Part shown: piece after piece, positions 13,601 through 27,631 of the stretch
Position numbering within the stretch: the first letter of the stretch is position 1
Layout: each line of letters starts with the position of its first letter
Origin: Botryllus schlosseri
Taxonomy: Eukaryota
Reading direction: 5' to 3'
NCBI GenBank assembly: GCA_051294905.1
Contig: CM119371.1
Location: 14,200,001-14,264,000, forward strand
Length of the DNA stretch: 64,000 nucleotides
Program-made: the position numbers and the translations under genes
The notes under the pieces: model-generated
Told to the model about the DNA's origin: nothing
Databases searched by the model: none
The model's input: only the letters and a program-made list of their open reading frames with translations

Positions 13601-16600
13601 CGCTATCTCGCCACGGCAATGATGAAGGTTACAGTATAGAATCATTTCCTCACCTTTAAACAAATCAGATGACGCGAAATGAAGTTAGCAAATCCTTATT
13701 TCGTCTTTTTTTGTACAATTGATCCAGCCACGGATCTTTACGCAAGCTCCTTATAAATTTCTCAAGGTTTTCCGCCCATTTATAGTTGGCGCCAGTGCAA
13801 AAACGTTTTGCTGGAACTTTTATGATAATTATTCTAATCTGAATATAATAAAAAACGAATGACGTTCGACCGTTGTCGCAGTACAGCTTACACTTCTCTT
13901 ATCGTAATTTCCAAGACCATAAGGAGTTTTAAAATCGTAGCTATTCGCGGTCGCATTTCGATTACTTATGTAGCCTACGGCCGCATTCCAGTGCATAAGC
14001 GTAACGAACTAACGGGGGCCAAATACCTTTGGTAAACTGTCCAATGTCCATGTTCATTTCCGATGAACTCCTGACTAATCTACTTTGTCATAGCGGCTTA
14101 CTATGCGCACCGAAATCGCGAGTTGCCATGTGTTGGAATAATTACTGGGACACGTCATGGTCGCGCCAAGCGCGAAATTTTTTTGAGATTCACAAATGAA
14201 TTTCGTCATTATTATTAGTAGATTTACATATTACCATCAAATATTGATCTTTTATAAGCACATGTGATCGGATTCATTGCTGGAGTGGATGGAGGTACTG
14301 TCTTCGAAAATTCAGGGCAGGTTACACACAATGATGCATCTTAGGGTGGACTCGTTGATATTAGTCATTTTGTTGCATGCAGTTATCATGGATCAGGACT
14401 GTCGGTGGGCTGAAGTAGAAATAAATTGGAATCGCCTAAACGTACGAGAAAAGAAACAAATTTCTTTCTTTCATGATTCCAAGTTGGCATGCCTATACGG
14501 GGTGCATCATTTTTTTTGCTGTTCACATCTGTAGGTCAACTGTGAGGCATGGATTGGGAAGGGCGCTACTATATTGAAATCGAAATATGAAGTATAGCAT
14601 TGAATTGCGCCTAGCGCGGAGAAAATTTTAAGATTAAATAAAATCTCTCAAAAATCCGGAAGTCAATTTTTAAATTCAATTTGCCAGTCGACGGCCACCA
14701 ACACATACTAATTAGATTACGTGTCAGGGTAGCACAAATTTCCTTCTACAGCCGCAGGTTGTTCTTCCCTGAGTTACATGAATATTAATATCAATTTGTT
14801 GAACTTGGAAGTTATTTCCTGCGCTTTGCTCGCATGATCATCACGCAACATCTATTTGACTTGATCGAGCATCATTGTAATTCAAAATAGGTAGCTTATT
14901 GTCTCTGCCGGTTTCCATCATGAATTGTAACATTAATAATCTGCTGATCATCTCTGACAAAAGAATGGAAAGTGAACACCCGGATGTTGGCTAATGAAGC
15001 TAATCAGAATGACCCACACATTGGTGGAGGAATCGGACATTTGATCCACCGTCGCAAAACCCCTAATGATTGCAGCCACTTGAATTTGTATTCTAAGATT
15101 GGGAAAATACCTTTGATTTATGTAATTTTGTAGATGATATCTCCGTATTACTGCTTACAGTACTTTGCCACACTATAGCTTGACATGTCATGATCTTTTG
15201 TTGTGGCTTGTGATTCTCCAATAATCCCGCATATTGTTTTATTAGCGCCTTCGTTGATTAGGCATAACATACATCGCTAACATGTGACACAAAGAAATTG
15301 GGTTGGAATCGGTGCATCTAAAATAATTAGAATATAAAATTTCCACATATCAAAAATAGAGCATTATCTGAGACGTTAGGCAGGTGCGAAAGTATGGAAA
15401 AAGTATCAAATATGGTATGGAAAATTGTAACTATGTTATGAAACGACTGAGACGGATATGGAGTATGGAAATTTTCCATTCCATACCATCCTACCATGCC
15501 CTAATTGTACATAACGTTGTACGTACGAATTTGATGGTTCCTGGCTCTCTGGCGTCATTAATATTTGCATTTTAGTAATCGGTGCAACAATAGCCCGCAA
15601 TTGATACTCGTTATCTAAAATTCTGATCTCGGGTCGTGTCCAGGCTTCCATCTAAAACAGAAATCAATTTAATAAAACCATGTTTAAAACATGTCACGCT
15701 CGAAATATCAGGATGCATAGATTTTGAATCAATTACGGGAAGATCTTACAAATCGTACTTTACAGGGAAAAGATTATAAAATCCAGTATAGACCTGGCGA
15801 TGTTCTTATTGTGGGACTGGTCCCCGTGCATAATGGCGAAAATGAGGATTGCTCAACCATACAGGAAGAGGGGATTCAAGCTGTAGAGACGATGAACATG
15901 ATAATCGACCAGGTATGAGTTTTCACCTCTCTAAAATTGATTGTCTGAATATTTATGCTATTCCGAAGTAGACGTGGTCATAAATAGGGTCGCATTTAAA
16001 ACGCAAATCGATTTAAAGGGGCACTGCCCTCTAAAATTAATGCGGTCTCAAATTGAAGGGCACAACGAAAAAAAATTTTGGCCGCAGCTGTTTTCTTCAG
16101 AACGCCACCGAAATGGAGCTGCAATTTATTGAAATTTCCACAAGAACTTCACGCTCCAACAGTCACGCAGAGATCGAACTTTATATAGTTATCAGCCGAT
16201 GTTATGAAAGAAAGGCTCCAGGCGTCTGTCACAAACAGACCAAAAATATGTTTAACCGGGACTACATCGCTATGCAGCATTTTTACGGTCGGCGGTCATC
16301 ATCATCAGAACATCCAACGTTCCAATGATCTATAACTACGTGCCATCACCGTTGAACCGACGACGATTTCAAGGGTTCCAATCACCCTACAGGCCTACAT
16401 TGAATACGTCGGATATATTTGGTGCAAACGCCCGCAGGCTGATACTACACACGTTTTTTTCGAAAGTAGTTACACAGTTATGGCGTAATTATACATCGTT
16501 TAAAAAAAAACAATTTTTTAAAAGGCATTTTTTAAAACAAATTTTAAAACATGTTTTAAACAAAGGGTTTTAAAACACCATTTGTTTTAAATGCAACTCT

Positions 16601-19600
16601 AGTCGTAAACCGGGATAATCCACACAAATATAGGTTCGTGTGATAGCAGTAACAAGTGAGAGGAAGGGTCTCGGATGAAGATCTTAAAAGTACTCAAGTA
16701 CTGCTATCAAGTAATTGAAGGTGATCGCTTTAAAATTGTAAGGTACATGTATCTCCGCAACCATCATTTGGAAGTGTATCATCGAAGTATCCTGACAAAT
16801 TTCTAAATATTACCGACCCAGGCGTACTGCCAATCCTCCCAAACGCACCGATGATTGCAGAATGCAGACCCACGATACGATTGAATTGTAACAGAATGTG
16901 CATTATGCCAGATCAACTCAGATACGGACATTCTGCCTGGAATCCAGCTGGGAAGCATTATAATCGATACCTGCTATTCTGACGCTGAAGCTGCGAGAAG
17001 GGTGAGACATAGCAGTGCATGCAACAGCTGTTGTGACGACTCGTGATTTTAAGAATCAGTTAGCAATCCAGCTGCTTTTATCTGTCTTTCGCTTGTCTAA
17101 TCTAGTATTTTTAATCTACACTTCTAATCGCCCAATTGTGTTTGATTTGATTCTTTAATTACTGTTTTCCTTGTTGTCTTATCTTGAGATATGTATCGTT
17201 CTCTTGAATCTCTACTCATTCTTCGACCATCGTAAGTTCAAGGAATATTCCGAATCTCGCTCTAGCATTTTCGTAGTTATATCAACCAAATCCCAAGTCT
17301 ACATTCTACTTCAATTCGGATTGTTTGGTATTAATAATTCGAATACAAGACAGATACCCAACGCATCCCTAGTACAAAAGGAAGTTTCAGCTCAGCAGAC
17401 GGGATGCGACGCCTGGAAAATCGGCATTCATTAGCCTTAGAGTGCCGCTTCGAAACAACAGCATTGGCATCAATCTATCGGAAGGGATTATGCACGAGAT
17501 ATTTGCACAAATCAGATAGAATTGAGCTCCCTATACCAGTGTTTTAGATATAATTTGTATCAATACAGTATAACTCTTCTAATCGCGAATCAGATCCAAT
17601 ATATAATTTCTGCAGGAAGCATAAGATTTCGCTATAGCGAATAGTATATTCATAAAACTTTTACATTGAATAATACATCGTACGTATTATTTCGTTTTTC
17701 TATAATCGATGGGCATTAATATTTGTGCATTATTTCTTTGTTTTCAATTTATAATTAAGAAACTGGAATTAACAAAGAGAACTGGTTTCTGTCAATGTGC
17801 CCATGTCCAACCTCTTGTGATATCAACTTCGCTACCGGCTCTGACAGCTATGTAGTACATAAAACATGTAATTGGATATCGACTCTGTAAGCGATATCTT
17901 TACGGATTACTACTATTCGACATGGATAAAATAACGCAGAATGATCTCTTCCGCTAATTTCGATTCTCAGTGAACGCGGTCTCGGATTGGAAGAGCTTGG
18001 AAATTAGCTTTCTACTGTCGATTCATAGAATTCGGCTTAGATGTCAAATCCGGAATATAAATTGCATTTGAAAAGATCCGATATACATTCGATAATTCGT
18101 ATACCAGGGCTCGGCAACTTCTCGTATGCAACGTGTCAAAATACTACAATCGAGAAATTCTGTTGCACTCAAAACGCGCAAAGTGCGAAGAAAAATTTTC
18201 AACATAATGAAAATCTATCTAAAAAAAACTCTACTTTATGTTGATTTACGAATAAGTTTGGGTCACTTTCGAGCTTTTCCAATTATGAAAACTTCTGTTT
18301 CAGTTTTAGCTATTTCACGTACCCGGGGTTGCCGACCACGTCGTATAGCATATGCATGGGCAACAGAATCAGTAAATATACGCTACATTTTATGATGATC
18401 AAGTGATATGTGAAACAATGTCACTAAGACGAAAACTAATCCAATTAAAATTCACTATATTTGTGCATTGCCAGCTAAAAATATTATGTCTCTTTGATCA
18501 CAGGTAATTTTGGATATTTTACCATTATTCTCGGACTGTGGTGCACGATATCCGAATCTGCAGACTGGTAAATCATCCCCGACTCTCGTTGCAGGTACTT
18601 GATACTCACGTATTGTTGTACAATTCGGCTTACCATTTGGCTTGTGAAATAGGGTGATGATATTATTATGTTATTACAGGACTACAGTCCGATTACTTGA
18701 ACCAAGGCCGTTAAGAGCTGTTCTTTTTTACCATCGACTACTACTTTAAAACTTTAAACACACTCTATCTCCCTGAGCGAGCTACGACTCCAATTCCAAC
18801 CAGTTCTGGAAAACAACTGCACTCCGACTAATATACCAAGGCCGCAATTGCAACGCCCTGAAGTCGGGTTTCAGCCAATTCCAAGGATTTGTTGAAATAT
18901 ATTATCGACTGAAGTGGTCGTTAAAACGGTTCACGGTTCACGGTTAACGTTTATAAAAATTCCTCGCTTGTTGTTTATGATACCAAAGATTCATTTCCGT
19001 GAATTATGTGGAATACCAGTTTAGATGAATGAATGCACTCACATCTAGGGCGAACGCCCACCATTTATCCACGCCTGCAACATCAATGGGTTGCGGGCTC
19101 AAGTCTGACCGAGGTCGACTCCAGAATTCCTATCTAAGTGTCGGATGTTTATCTGCACTCCTCCTCGCCATCTGAGCCGCGCAAGCGGTGTCTTAAAAAG
19201 CCAAGAAGTGGGTCGTACTACAAGTCGGAAGATATGGAATCAGAATAATGACAATCAGCCTGGTATAAATGAACATTGTAGTCGACAAACACCATGAATA
19301 GCACAAACATACAAACAAAAAAACAAACGCCCACCATTTACCAGTGTTGGGATCAAGTCACTACCTTCGAGTCACGAGTCATCTCGAGTCATTGCAGATT
19401 TTGACTCGAGTCAAGTCAAGTCAATCGATTTTCGAAAGTGACTCGAGTCAAGTCAAGTCACTCGATTTTTGGAGGTGACTGGAGTCAAGTCGAGTCAAGT
19501 CAAGTCAAGTCACGAGTCAAGTCACAATTCAAGTAAAATTGAATTTTCGAAGTAAGAGTGATGATTCAAAGTCATAACATTTTGCCAGCAGTGAGAAAGA

Positions 19601-22600
19601 CGATTAATTAGCCATTTATCTTGAATAAAATAACGAATATAAAGTTAAATATACATGCAAAATTGCATTGTATCGCACACGCACACGTAGAACAACTAAT
19701 AAAATACGTGAGTAACTGTATAGCTACATGCTACAGTATGTTATTAATGTTATTATCAGCCAAAATAGAGATTCGAATACGAAGCCTCGAGAAGTTCAAA
19801 CAAATTGATGTGGTACAATACACTACCAGCTATACATCCGTGAGAATATAAATGCATGAACTATATTCATTCTATTTAAATCATACAATATGGTTGGTAA
19901 AGGTGACCACTGCGCAATGTAAGCACTGAGCCGTTTACTACTTACTACTATACGGCAACGTAAGCTGTGATCATTTCGTCTGCGGCCAAGATATTTGTGA
20001 TGTACCAATGGAGGACCAGTGAAACGTACAATAATTGAATGACTGGTTGCTCTCACAAGTGCCACCGGCGTATCACTAATAATCCGACTATACACATGAT
20101 ACAGGGATTTGGTCGAGACTGTTTACTTATTGATGACTTGAAATTGACTCGTAAATTTTGCTCCGAGTCACGAGTCAATCCGCATTTCTGAAGCGCCGAG
20201 TCAAGTCAAGTCAAGTCATTTTTGCAAAGTGACTCGAGTCAAGTCAAGTCATACGAAAAAGTTGACTCGAGTCTGACTCGAGTCATCCCAACACTGCCAT
20301 TTACTCAAATAATGAACCACGACATGAATGTTTCAGCAACATACTCACTGTTTCAGGAGTTGTCGGTGCTGGAGCCAGTAGGGTATCAATTCAGGTGGCA
20401 AAAATTCTAAATGCTGTTTCAGTTCCTCAGGTAGGTAATATTCATTTTTCCGAGTCGACGTTTTCAGATTTGAACGTTACAAGAATCAGGCACCGGGGTT
20501 GGATTCGGAATATGTAATTTTAGTGGGTGCAACCGTCATGTGAAGATTTCTGATCAATTCGGATTAATTTAGTGTTTCAGCTGCGCACAGCGCCTTCGTA
20601 TCATACTAAAGAACAAATGCCTATTATGTTCTAAAAATGAACCAAGCTTGCTGGTAATCCAGAACGCGGGTGATTAGTCTCTAAATTTGTACATGAACTT
20701 TTAGATCCGGATTTCAAATCTTGATACGAAAACGGATCTGAATTTGATCGGGTTTCGAAATCGTCCGAACCCAATGGGTTTTCAGATCTCGCAAAAATAG
20801 TGCTCCATGCATATCTATCATAGCAATGCGGAATGGAGAACTCCAAATATGTCCGAATCGCCGTGGCAGACGCAACAAATAGTCAGTCACATTTATTGAT
20901 ATCGGCTACAGGAACTGAAACAAAACGATCTGAGTGTACAATGCATTTGATAAAAGTCATTATCTTTGTTATTACATTGTTATAAATATATTTTAGAAGT
21001 AAACGAATACCAGATCGGACGTTCGAAAAATCGATCCCTAATATAGAGCTATTTTGATGTATCTTGGACCTTAAGATGATAAATCTGATTTCAGGTCAGT
21101 TATTGGTCAAGTAGTCCGGAATTGAGCAACAAGCGCCTGTACAAGTACTTTTTCAGAGTTGTGCCTCCGGATGATAAGCAGGTGAACAATAACTATATTT
21201 CCGAACTAAACATCTATGTTCGAACGAAATCAATACTGCACAATCACCCCATGACTTTTACCCTTTTACGGTCGCGCATTCAGTACCTATTTCTCACATC
21301 AATGTGGGAGAAGAGTAGAACTGGGCAAAACCGAGTACCTGAGTGATCCGATTATGAATCACTTGTTATGCTCCGAGTTGATTATTCGAGTATCACTCAA
21401 TATGAAATCATTGCAGAATGTAATATATCAAAGTTCAAATATGTACCTTTTATGTCACCACAAAGACTATAATGCCTGTCATCTATGGTATTAAAGATTC
21501 TTTGGTATTTTTTCGACCATACCGATTTCATTGCAGTTTGCGACAAATTTGTGGGATGATCATGACTGTGAATGTTTTAATTTCCAGTTACGTTCGTAGC
21601 TTTGTATTATATGTTTCGTATGCTGCGCAGCGGTGGTCAAAGTAGTCAAGACAGCTACTCAAGTAGAAGTAGAAGTAGAGACGAAAAAATCTACTCAAAT
21701 ACTAGAAGTACTTCTTCCATAAGCCACCTAAAACTACTTGAAGTAGAAGTAGAATTGACTGACTTCAAATGTACTCAAGTAAGTTAGTAGTTTTGAAAAC
21801 AGTCTTAATTCGTTCGCATGGACTGTCAAAAGCCGCAAATTTAGCTATGCGAAGGTGCAGAGAGCTTGATTCGTATTGATACATCCCAGGAGGTATCAAT
21901 TTTCGACAGAATAAGCATTCTTCCGCATCATGGGATGCAAATTATAGTATTGATATGAAAATACGATACTAGCCTTTTGTTTACTAGACGACCCCGTTTT
22001 CGAGAATATCATGGCATGGCGCCCTACCCCATTTTATAAGGCCCCAAGTATAGGCGAAGAATAATACGGAGAAGTTGTATCGGATACGGTTTCAACACTT
22101 TGCGCGATTATTATACGTTAATAACAAATATTGTGGATCGTAAAATTTATATCAAGTGTAACTTCAATTTCAGAAAATAGAGGTATTACTACACTTGCTT
22201 TTATGCTTCAACATGTAGGCTATGTTCTGCAGACAAAAGAATTGAAAGTAATTAGAACTCAAAGTATGATACTCGGAATTGGAAGTGAAATACAAATACC
22301 ACGTCTAAAAAGCAGTAAATATATTTCATGTCTTTTGCCCATAAAGCTTCAAAGGTGATCTGCTAAAATAGGTGCAACGTTCAAAAAAGCCGGATTTTCC
22401 AGATTAGTAGGACACGTCATGGGCTGCTAGATTGCGAAACGGTAGTTTCAAACGTTATGGTGGGTCATATTTAGTGTGATGAAATATTTGATATGGGCGA
22501 CAATGCGGTATGAGCGGAACCAAGCAATCCGGTACCTAAATTATATTCACTGATACTTTATTCTCACTCCATAACTACTGTGCGCGGAGTGCAACAAAAT

Positions 22601-25600
22601 TTCTGGGCTTTACTTGACTTTTAGGAAAATTAAATGACGATACTCCGTTAAAAAAGTCCCGGAATTCCTCAGGCTATCTTTCGTATTGGGGGATTGAACT
22701 ACTTCTACTTGACAAACTGAAAATAGCGAGAAGTAAGTAGATCACAAAATATTACGAAGTAGAAGTAGAAGTAGAGAAAATCAGATCTACTTGAGTAAGT
22801 ACCAGAAGTAGAGGAAAACTACTTGAGTACTTTCAAAAAGTAGAAGTACTTCGTTAATGATCACCTCTGATGCTGCGATACGGCCAATCAAGGTTTCAAG
22901 GCTCTCACAGGGGAAGTAGTATCGTAACTATAATTCTCGTTGATAAATTGACCTTCAGTGGCGATGAGCGTATACTTTCAGTACTCGTAAAAATCCTATT
23001 TTACTCTCGACTCGAATGATCAAAATTAATACTCGATTAGGATTCGAGTATACTCGAATCATTGTGCCCAGCCCACAGACGAGGAGTTGTTGAAGTGGAT
23101 AATTGCCAACAATGGAAACGATGATGCAGTCGGTTTTATTGATACAAAATTTACACACAAATTGGTTTTCTTGATTAAGTTGACTGATTTGTGTTAGGCA
23201 GCAATTTGATTTCATATTATAATTCTACCTTTATGGGTGCTGTAAGATGTATGGTAACATTAATCTAGGAACAGTAACGCACCCACATTGCTTCGCGATA
23301 TAATGAGAAATATTTTTTTTTCATCAGGTGGAAGCAATTATTGCACTCACGAAACAACGCGGATGGAGCTATATATCAATAGTGTATGATGACGATTCGT
23401 ATGGCTTGAATGGCTTGCATGGTAAGCAATTGAGATATGAAATCAATTAGAGCTCCCGCTACTATAACTATAGGCTACTATCGATATCCATATACCCTAT
23501 AATTTGGATATAGCCTACCTTTACTCAAGACACGCATAGTAGTGCGGAGCTGATCGACAAATTATCTGGTCCTACTTCGATCCTGTTTTTATAGCTCTGG
23601 TCCGACTCCTATGCTGGATTTTAGTAATGAACATGATCCGGTCCGGAAAACTCCGATAATAATTATCTACATACAGGAATGTATTGAATATTGATTAAAA
23701 CAACGCACGCCGGACATTAAAAACTCAAGAATCAAACCCAACACTTATCTGAATTAATTATGCCAATTTGGACTTGACATGTAATTTATTTCCATGAACG
23801 TTTCACTTGAAGTATTGATTCGAGGGTAGAAGAGGGTAAGACTGTGATATTATTAGTAAAGAGTACTGAACGACTCCCGGCCGTATCAGAAACAGAACTG
23901 ATCCGGCTCCTGAGAAAATACCGCCGGATATCCACTCCGGCTCCGGACCATGCTCCGCCCTAACGCAGAGGCCAATTTACGCATACAAAATCATGTCCTA
24001 CGAAAGGCTTTAATGTGGAAAGAGTCACTATCTTTTCTTCTATTTTAAAGAATAATGATGATGATATATTAAAACTGGTGTATTCCTGTAAAATTCGATT
24101 AAATCAATGAATTTAAATATGATTCTATATAATAAGGTCTCTGAATAACGTTTTCTAGTGGTGCATCATTTCCAGCAACCGAACCAACTGATACCTATGT
24201 TATAACACCTATGAAGGTGGCCGAGGCGTGCTTGTAAATTCCCAAATCGTTTTTGCAAATACGAGGAACAACCGGTAAATCATAGGGATGGTGTGAACGT
24301 GAGGTTCACGTTCGCGTTCTGTGTGTGAACCTCAGAAATTCAGAGGTTCACGTTCACAAACGAACCTTGGTAGGTTCTGCACTGTGAACCTTTTTCATGT
24401 ATGACAACTTTCACTTCATTATAACACCCTTGGTTGAAATTTACTGCATTTCAACTGCAGGTCACTCCATGCATGGCGCTTGCAGAATAAAAAATCAACA
24501 CTAAACGAGCATGTAGCTTGACAATCTCATTAGTTTTACTTGCTTCGTTACAAAAGTTTGCTCGAAATATCCAGTTATCCGTTTGTGAATATTTAGTGAC
24601 TCTCTGCTGTCAGTTTGACCAGCTATTACATAACATCAAGAGCGAAATACACCATATGTACCATGGTGAGCGAATGATGCTTATTCAACCATTCACTGAA
24701 ATTGATATCGTTGTCTGATGTAAAAAAAATCTAGCAGGCGTACGGGGTCAATCTTGACTTCATATGTTTATTGTATCATAAAAACCAAATCCATGCGATT
24801 GGGGTGTCGGCTAGTGCTGTATAACTTGGTAATGGGATAATATAGGTAGCAAGATTAAAAACCCATTTTACACTCTGCTCGATATCAACGTGGCAATACT
24901 CAGTCGCGCGGTCCATTTCTGGTCCGCGGTCCCGTTAAGGCGTAAGCATATATTCCCTTGCAAGTCCTCGTCGGAATTGTGGGCAAAGCGAAGGAAGATA
25001 TTGATTTTATGGAATTATTGTATCATTTGATTACCCCAGTTGATACATTTATTAATATAGCGTTTGATTGCCCCAGTTGAAAGATTTGGAGGCGTTTAAT
25101 ATACGTCAATATGTACTTCAGCATTGTGGCATTTTGTGGGCCGAGTCGTCGCTAGGTATCGTGTACCCTGTACACATTAATATAGGCTATCACTTCACTG
25201 AAATATAGGGTAGGAATTAGCAATATGACGTCACATGACGCCAAGAGGTTCACGTTCGCGTTCACACAGAACCTTTCAAAAAGGTTCGCGTTCACGCGAA
25301 CATGAACCTTTCAGAGGTTCACACCAACCCTAGTTAAATCATTTGCTGTGCAAATTCAGAATTACAAGTCCAAGCGGAAGACGAAGGAATCTGCATTGGC
25401 ACGTTTCAGCCGGTTCCACGTACAGCAGCCGATCAGGATTTCCGAAATATTGTTGAAAGTTTACTGACAGAAAAATCAAAAGGTGCATGCTGCATTAAAA
25501 CCGTTATAAGAGCGCTACAAGAAACATAATGTCTCTATTTCCCTTTTGCCTCTACATTTCGTTCTCTATATTGGCGATGAGCAACGTAGGTCAGGACAAT

Positions 25601-27597
25601 TTCAGTACAACTATGATTGGACTGACACCCTTTGTGAATCGGAGTATAGCGGCAAGACCGGAAACTGTCTGTGGGCCGCTCAAAATCCCGTCGCGGGCCG
25701 TATGTTGCCCGCCCCTGGACTAAAATTTGTGTTTGATCGATACCGCAATACAATTCTGATGAAGGTTTTGTTTTCGTGTATCACCTTCAGGACGTGAATA
25801 CACATTAGGGCTCTTCAAAAATGACTTTTTTTCTCAAATCGTACTGGCTACTTGATAAAATTGTTAGGTTACCTAATTTAAGCCTACACACAAAATGTGG
25901 TTCAATTCCAGCCAGTAACCGCTTTGCTACAGGAGAAGAAAGTTTCTATTTATTATATAAAAATAAATAATAAAAATTTTGAAAATTTTCTGTTCACCCC
26001 ATGAAAGTGTTAGGCTGTCTATAGAAACGATCCTCACAAAATTTGGTTCAATTCCAACCGGTGAAAGCGGAGTTATTGCACTCGAAAAATTTTGATTTGA
26101 ATAAAATGGTATTTACGGTGAGCACAACTATCATACATAAACAAAGAATCGGTCATCGTAAATAATATTTTATTCAAATCCAAATTTTTCGACGGTAATA
26201 ACTCCGCTTCCACTGGTTGGAATTGAACCAAATTTGGTGAGCATCGTTTCTATAGACAGCCTAACACTTTCATGGGGTGAACAGAAAATTTTCAAATTTT
26301 TATTATTTATTTATATATAATAAGTAGAAACTTTCTTCTCCTGTAGCAAAGCGGTTACTGGCTGGAAGTGAACCAAATTTTGTGTGTAGGCTTAAATTAG
26401 GTAACCTAACAATTTTATCAAGTAGCCAGTACGATTTGAAAAAAAAGTCATTTTTGAAGAGTCCTAATACACATACTATTCGCTTAAACTGCAATACGTT
26501 GCTATCTTTGCCACGATAATTACAATATGCATAATTGTTCGTGTAACAGTCGTGGTGATGTTCACAAGTAGCTTGTCGGCGTCCAGGCTGATGAAGGCGT
26601 CGGCAAAATACATGGAGAAAGCGACAGACCTCTTGTGGGTTGGTAGCGATGCCTGGACCAATACAATTCCTCTTTCAAACTACCATTTCGATGATAGACC
26701 TATGCATGGTATTTTGCATCCGTTGGGTTTTCCGTTACACCATGTATTCGCACAATCTTGTGTTGCAGGCGCGGTGGGATTCCAACCTGCGGCACAAGAG
26801 CTGAAATCATTTCGACCATACTTACTCAATTTAACCCTGGAGGAAAGTCTGAACACGTCCAGAAATCCATGGTTTTCGGAGTATCTGGAGCACGTAAACT
26901 TGTGTACCGTAGGTGCGAAATGTAAAACCTGACTTACCAAAAGCTGTAGAGACCAGCGTGTAGCCTTCCGCCATCTGCAGTGTCGCACAAACTGCTCTCG
27001 TATGTAGCCTATTTCTAGACGTCATCTCATGCCACATAATTCATCTGTATTTCAAATTATTTCGAAAACGTTATTTCTTTATCTGCATTTAGCATCAACG
27101 TCAACATTCATCCCCGTGGCTAAAATTTATCATCTCAAACTATACACCACCCCGGGAGCACATATCCGATATTAATCTCCTATATTCAGAATTTAAAGTG
27201 AGATATTAGATCGTAAATATTTGTTTACCTTGGTGATAGTGAATAATTCCGGTGGTGAAGCGTACGTGGTGGCATCGCACATGAGTTTGGCGGGTGAGGG
27301 TCTTACCCAAGCGGCACGGCACTGAGCGTTATAGAGAAATTTATAAACCGCCTTGAAGTACAAATTACGTAGCGTACACTGACGAATTGAGATCACGTTG
27401 GAGACATGCAATACGGCTTATTGAGTAAAGGACTACACCAGTGGTTCCCAACGTGGGCGATATCGCCCCCCAGGGGGCGATTTGGCGATCTAGGGGGGCG
27501 AAAATGACGAAGGGGGCGATAGGGGGGCGAAAATGGACAAAGGGGGCGACGGGGGGCGAAAATAGCGAAGGGGGCGATGACGCGTCAAAACGGCTGA

Positions 27598-27631
<34 letters not shown>

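Noticed and set aside
19360..20290. CRISPR-like or satellite array from GACTCGAGTCAAGTC repeats
   Set aside because: Irregular spacing, no unique spacers, no cas genes, eukaryotic context; these are MITE subterminal repeats.
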